Virus record (IMG/VR): IMGVR_UViG_2531839555_000011
Coordinates: 1 to 15,814 of that record
Length of the DNA: 15,814 nucleotides
From: a virus
Lineage: Duplodnaviria; Heunggongvirae; Uroviricota; Caudoviricetes
Direction: 5' to 3' (one strand)
Shown piece after piece: positions 14,595 through 15,814 of this stretch (position 1 is its first letter; every line of letters begins with the position of its first letter). The notes beneath the pieces were generated by a model that did not search any database, had not been told where the DNA came from, and was given only the letters and a program-made list of their open reading frames with translations. The translations under genes and the position numbers were made by a program.

Positions 14595-15814
14595 TTTTCA
14601 CCAGCCTTTAAAATAACGATATTAGAGTGATTACCCGCGAGAAGTTCTAAGCGGTCATACCACTTGTTCAGCGCGTCCAGCTTCTCCGGTAAGTAAAGAC
14701 TACGGTTATAAATCGCCATAACTCCCGGCAAGGCATGGCCCAACAGCAGCTCGACTATATGCGGTGCTATACCCATATTGTTTAGCCCCGTAGAAAACGT
14801 CCGACGCAGATCGTGAAGTGTCCACGGCTCGTTATGGTGAAAATCTTTAAAAAGCCTGCGCCCTTTCAATGATACAGCCTGACGGGTACGATCTTCGCCC
14901 AGTAACAAACCTGTTTTCCCTGTCTCGCGCTTTAACTCTTCCAGCCACGGGCGTATAGCTTCAGGTATCGACCTCACGATTTTCTCTCGGGTTTTGCTAT
15001 GCTCTTTCGGTACAGTCCAAATCCACGATGTAAAATCCCACTCTGACCATCGAGAAAGGCGAACTTCCATCGTTCGCGCACCAAAAAGCACCAGCATTTT
15101 GAGCAGACGTGAATAATACGGCTGCTGATCATCGCTATCTGTACAGCGCCACACATCAGCCAGCTCGCTATCTGACAATACGCGATCACGTTGACCAGAT
15201 GGCTGGCCTACATCCTGAATGGTGAGAAAGGCCAGAGCATCACTGGCAGCATAACGGCGAACCTTGCAGAAACGTAACGCCTGTTTAGAAATCTGGAACA
15301 TGCGGCCGGCGGTCATGGGTTTAGTCTGGTTTATTTCGTCAAAACAGGCCACCCAATGGCGGGTTTCACATCTGGTGATCGGATAACGACCAAGGCGCGG
15401 GTAAATATGCTTGCGTAGCTGCGCCCTCACCAACGCCTCATCACTGCGCTTTCTCCTGGCGTAATTCACCAACCAATATTCCAGGGCGTCTTTAACCGTT
15501 ACAGGCTTAAGCGTTTCTTCTGTGCTCAGCTCAATCTCAGTTTTCGGATCAAGCCCACCAGCCAGCCACTGGCGACACTGTTCCCGCTTTTCTCGCGCAA
15601 GTTTTAGCGGCATATCAGGGTAACGGCCAAGCGTTAAACGTTCGAGTTTGCTACCCCTTCCTCCCAACCGGTATGAAAATACCCAGCTAACGTTACCTTG
15701 CTTCGAGACCTTAACGCTTAGCCCCTCACCATCGGCAATCATGATCGGCGCTTCACGCTCAGAACCCAGCAATGCTTTTAGCTTTTTGTCGCTCAGTTTG
15801 TTTGTGCCAGCCAT
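14591..15814 (-). CDS. int: Tyrosine integrase, P4-like family
   Basis: 407 aa starting at the window edge (ATG 15814-15812). N-terminal arm-binding-like region (GEGLSVKVSKQGNVSWVFSYRLGG...), C-terminal catalytic residues (HDLRRT, LLGHA, a Tyr near the C-terminus). Confidence 0.93.
   Translation of the reverse strand: MAGTNKLSDKKLKALLGSEREAPIMIADGEGLSVKVSKQGNVSWVFSYRLGGRGSKLERLTLGRYPDMPLKLAREKREQCRQWLAGGLDPKTEIELSTEETLKPVTVKDALEYWLVNYARRKRSDEALVRAQLRKHIYPRLGRYPITRCETRHWVACFDEINQTKPMTAGRMFQISKQALRFCKVRRYAASDALAFLTIQDVGQPSGQRDRVLSDSELADVWRCTDSDDQQPYYSRLLKMLVLFGARTMEVRLSRWSEWDFTSWIWTVPKEHSKTREKIVRSIPEAIRPWLEELKRETGKTGLLLGEDRTRQAVSLKGRRLFKDFHHNEPWTLHDLRRTFSTGLNNMGIAPHIVELLLGHALPGVMAIYNRSLYLPEKLDALNKWYDRLELLAGNHSNIVILKAGEK

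Larger units (their letters stand above)
1834..15814. mobile_element. Integrated tail-less capsid-encoding phage satellite (cf-PICI-like); boundaries uncertain
   Basis: Contiguous same-strand gene set from int to terL: integration, regulation, replication with iteron ori, and a head/packaging module, with no tail or lysis genes. The right att flank lies beyond the window; the left end is somewhere in 540-1830. Confidence 0.7.

Overview
The window opens with a complete hpt gene (1-537, minus strand) and about 1.3 kb of non-coding DNA carrying two 121-bp structured direct repeats and a phased short-motif array. The rest (about 1.8 kb to the right edge) is one leftward-transcribed integrated element: P4-type tyrosine integrase at the right edge, an AT-rich cargo gene coupled to it, an AlpA-like regulator, an ORF6N antirepressor-like protein, a divergent Arc-like RHH repressor (57 aa, below the ORF-track cut-off) with palindromic operators, three small unknown genes, an SF3 primase-helicase followed by a 9-copy iteron origin, an SSB-like gene flanked by two small genes, and an HK97-type head and packaging module (capsid, protease, portal, gp6-like connector, HNH, small and large terminase). 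There are no tail, baseplate or lysis genes, so I read it as a tail-less capsid-encoding phage satellite (cf-PICI-like), not a complete prophage. The best candidates for something undescribed are the AT-rich 267-aa gene coupled to int, the small-gene cluster upstream of the primase, the Arc-like/ORF6N regulatory arrangement, and the structured repeats at the hpt-proximal end. All calls rest on reading the sequence and recalled family signatures; no searches were run.
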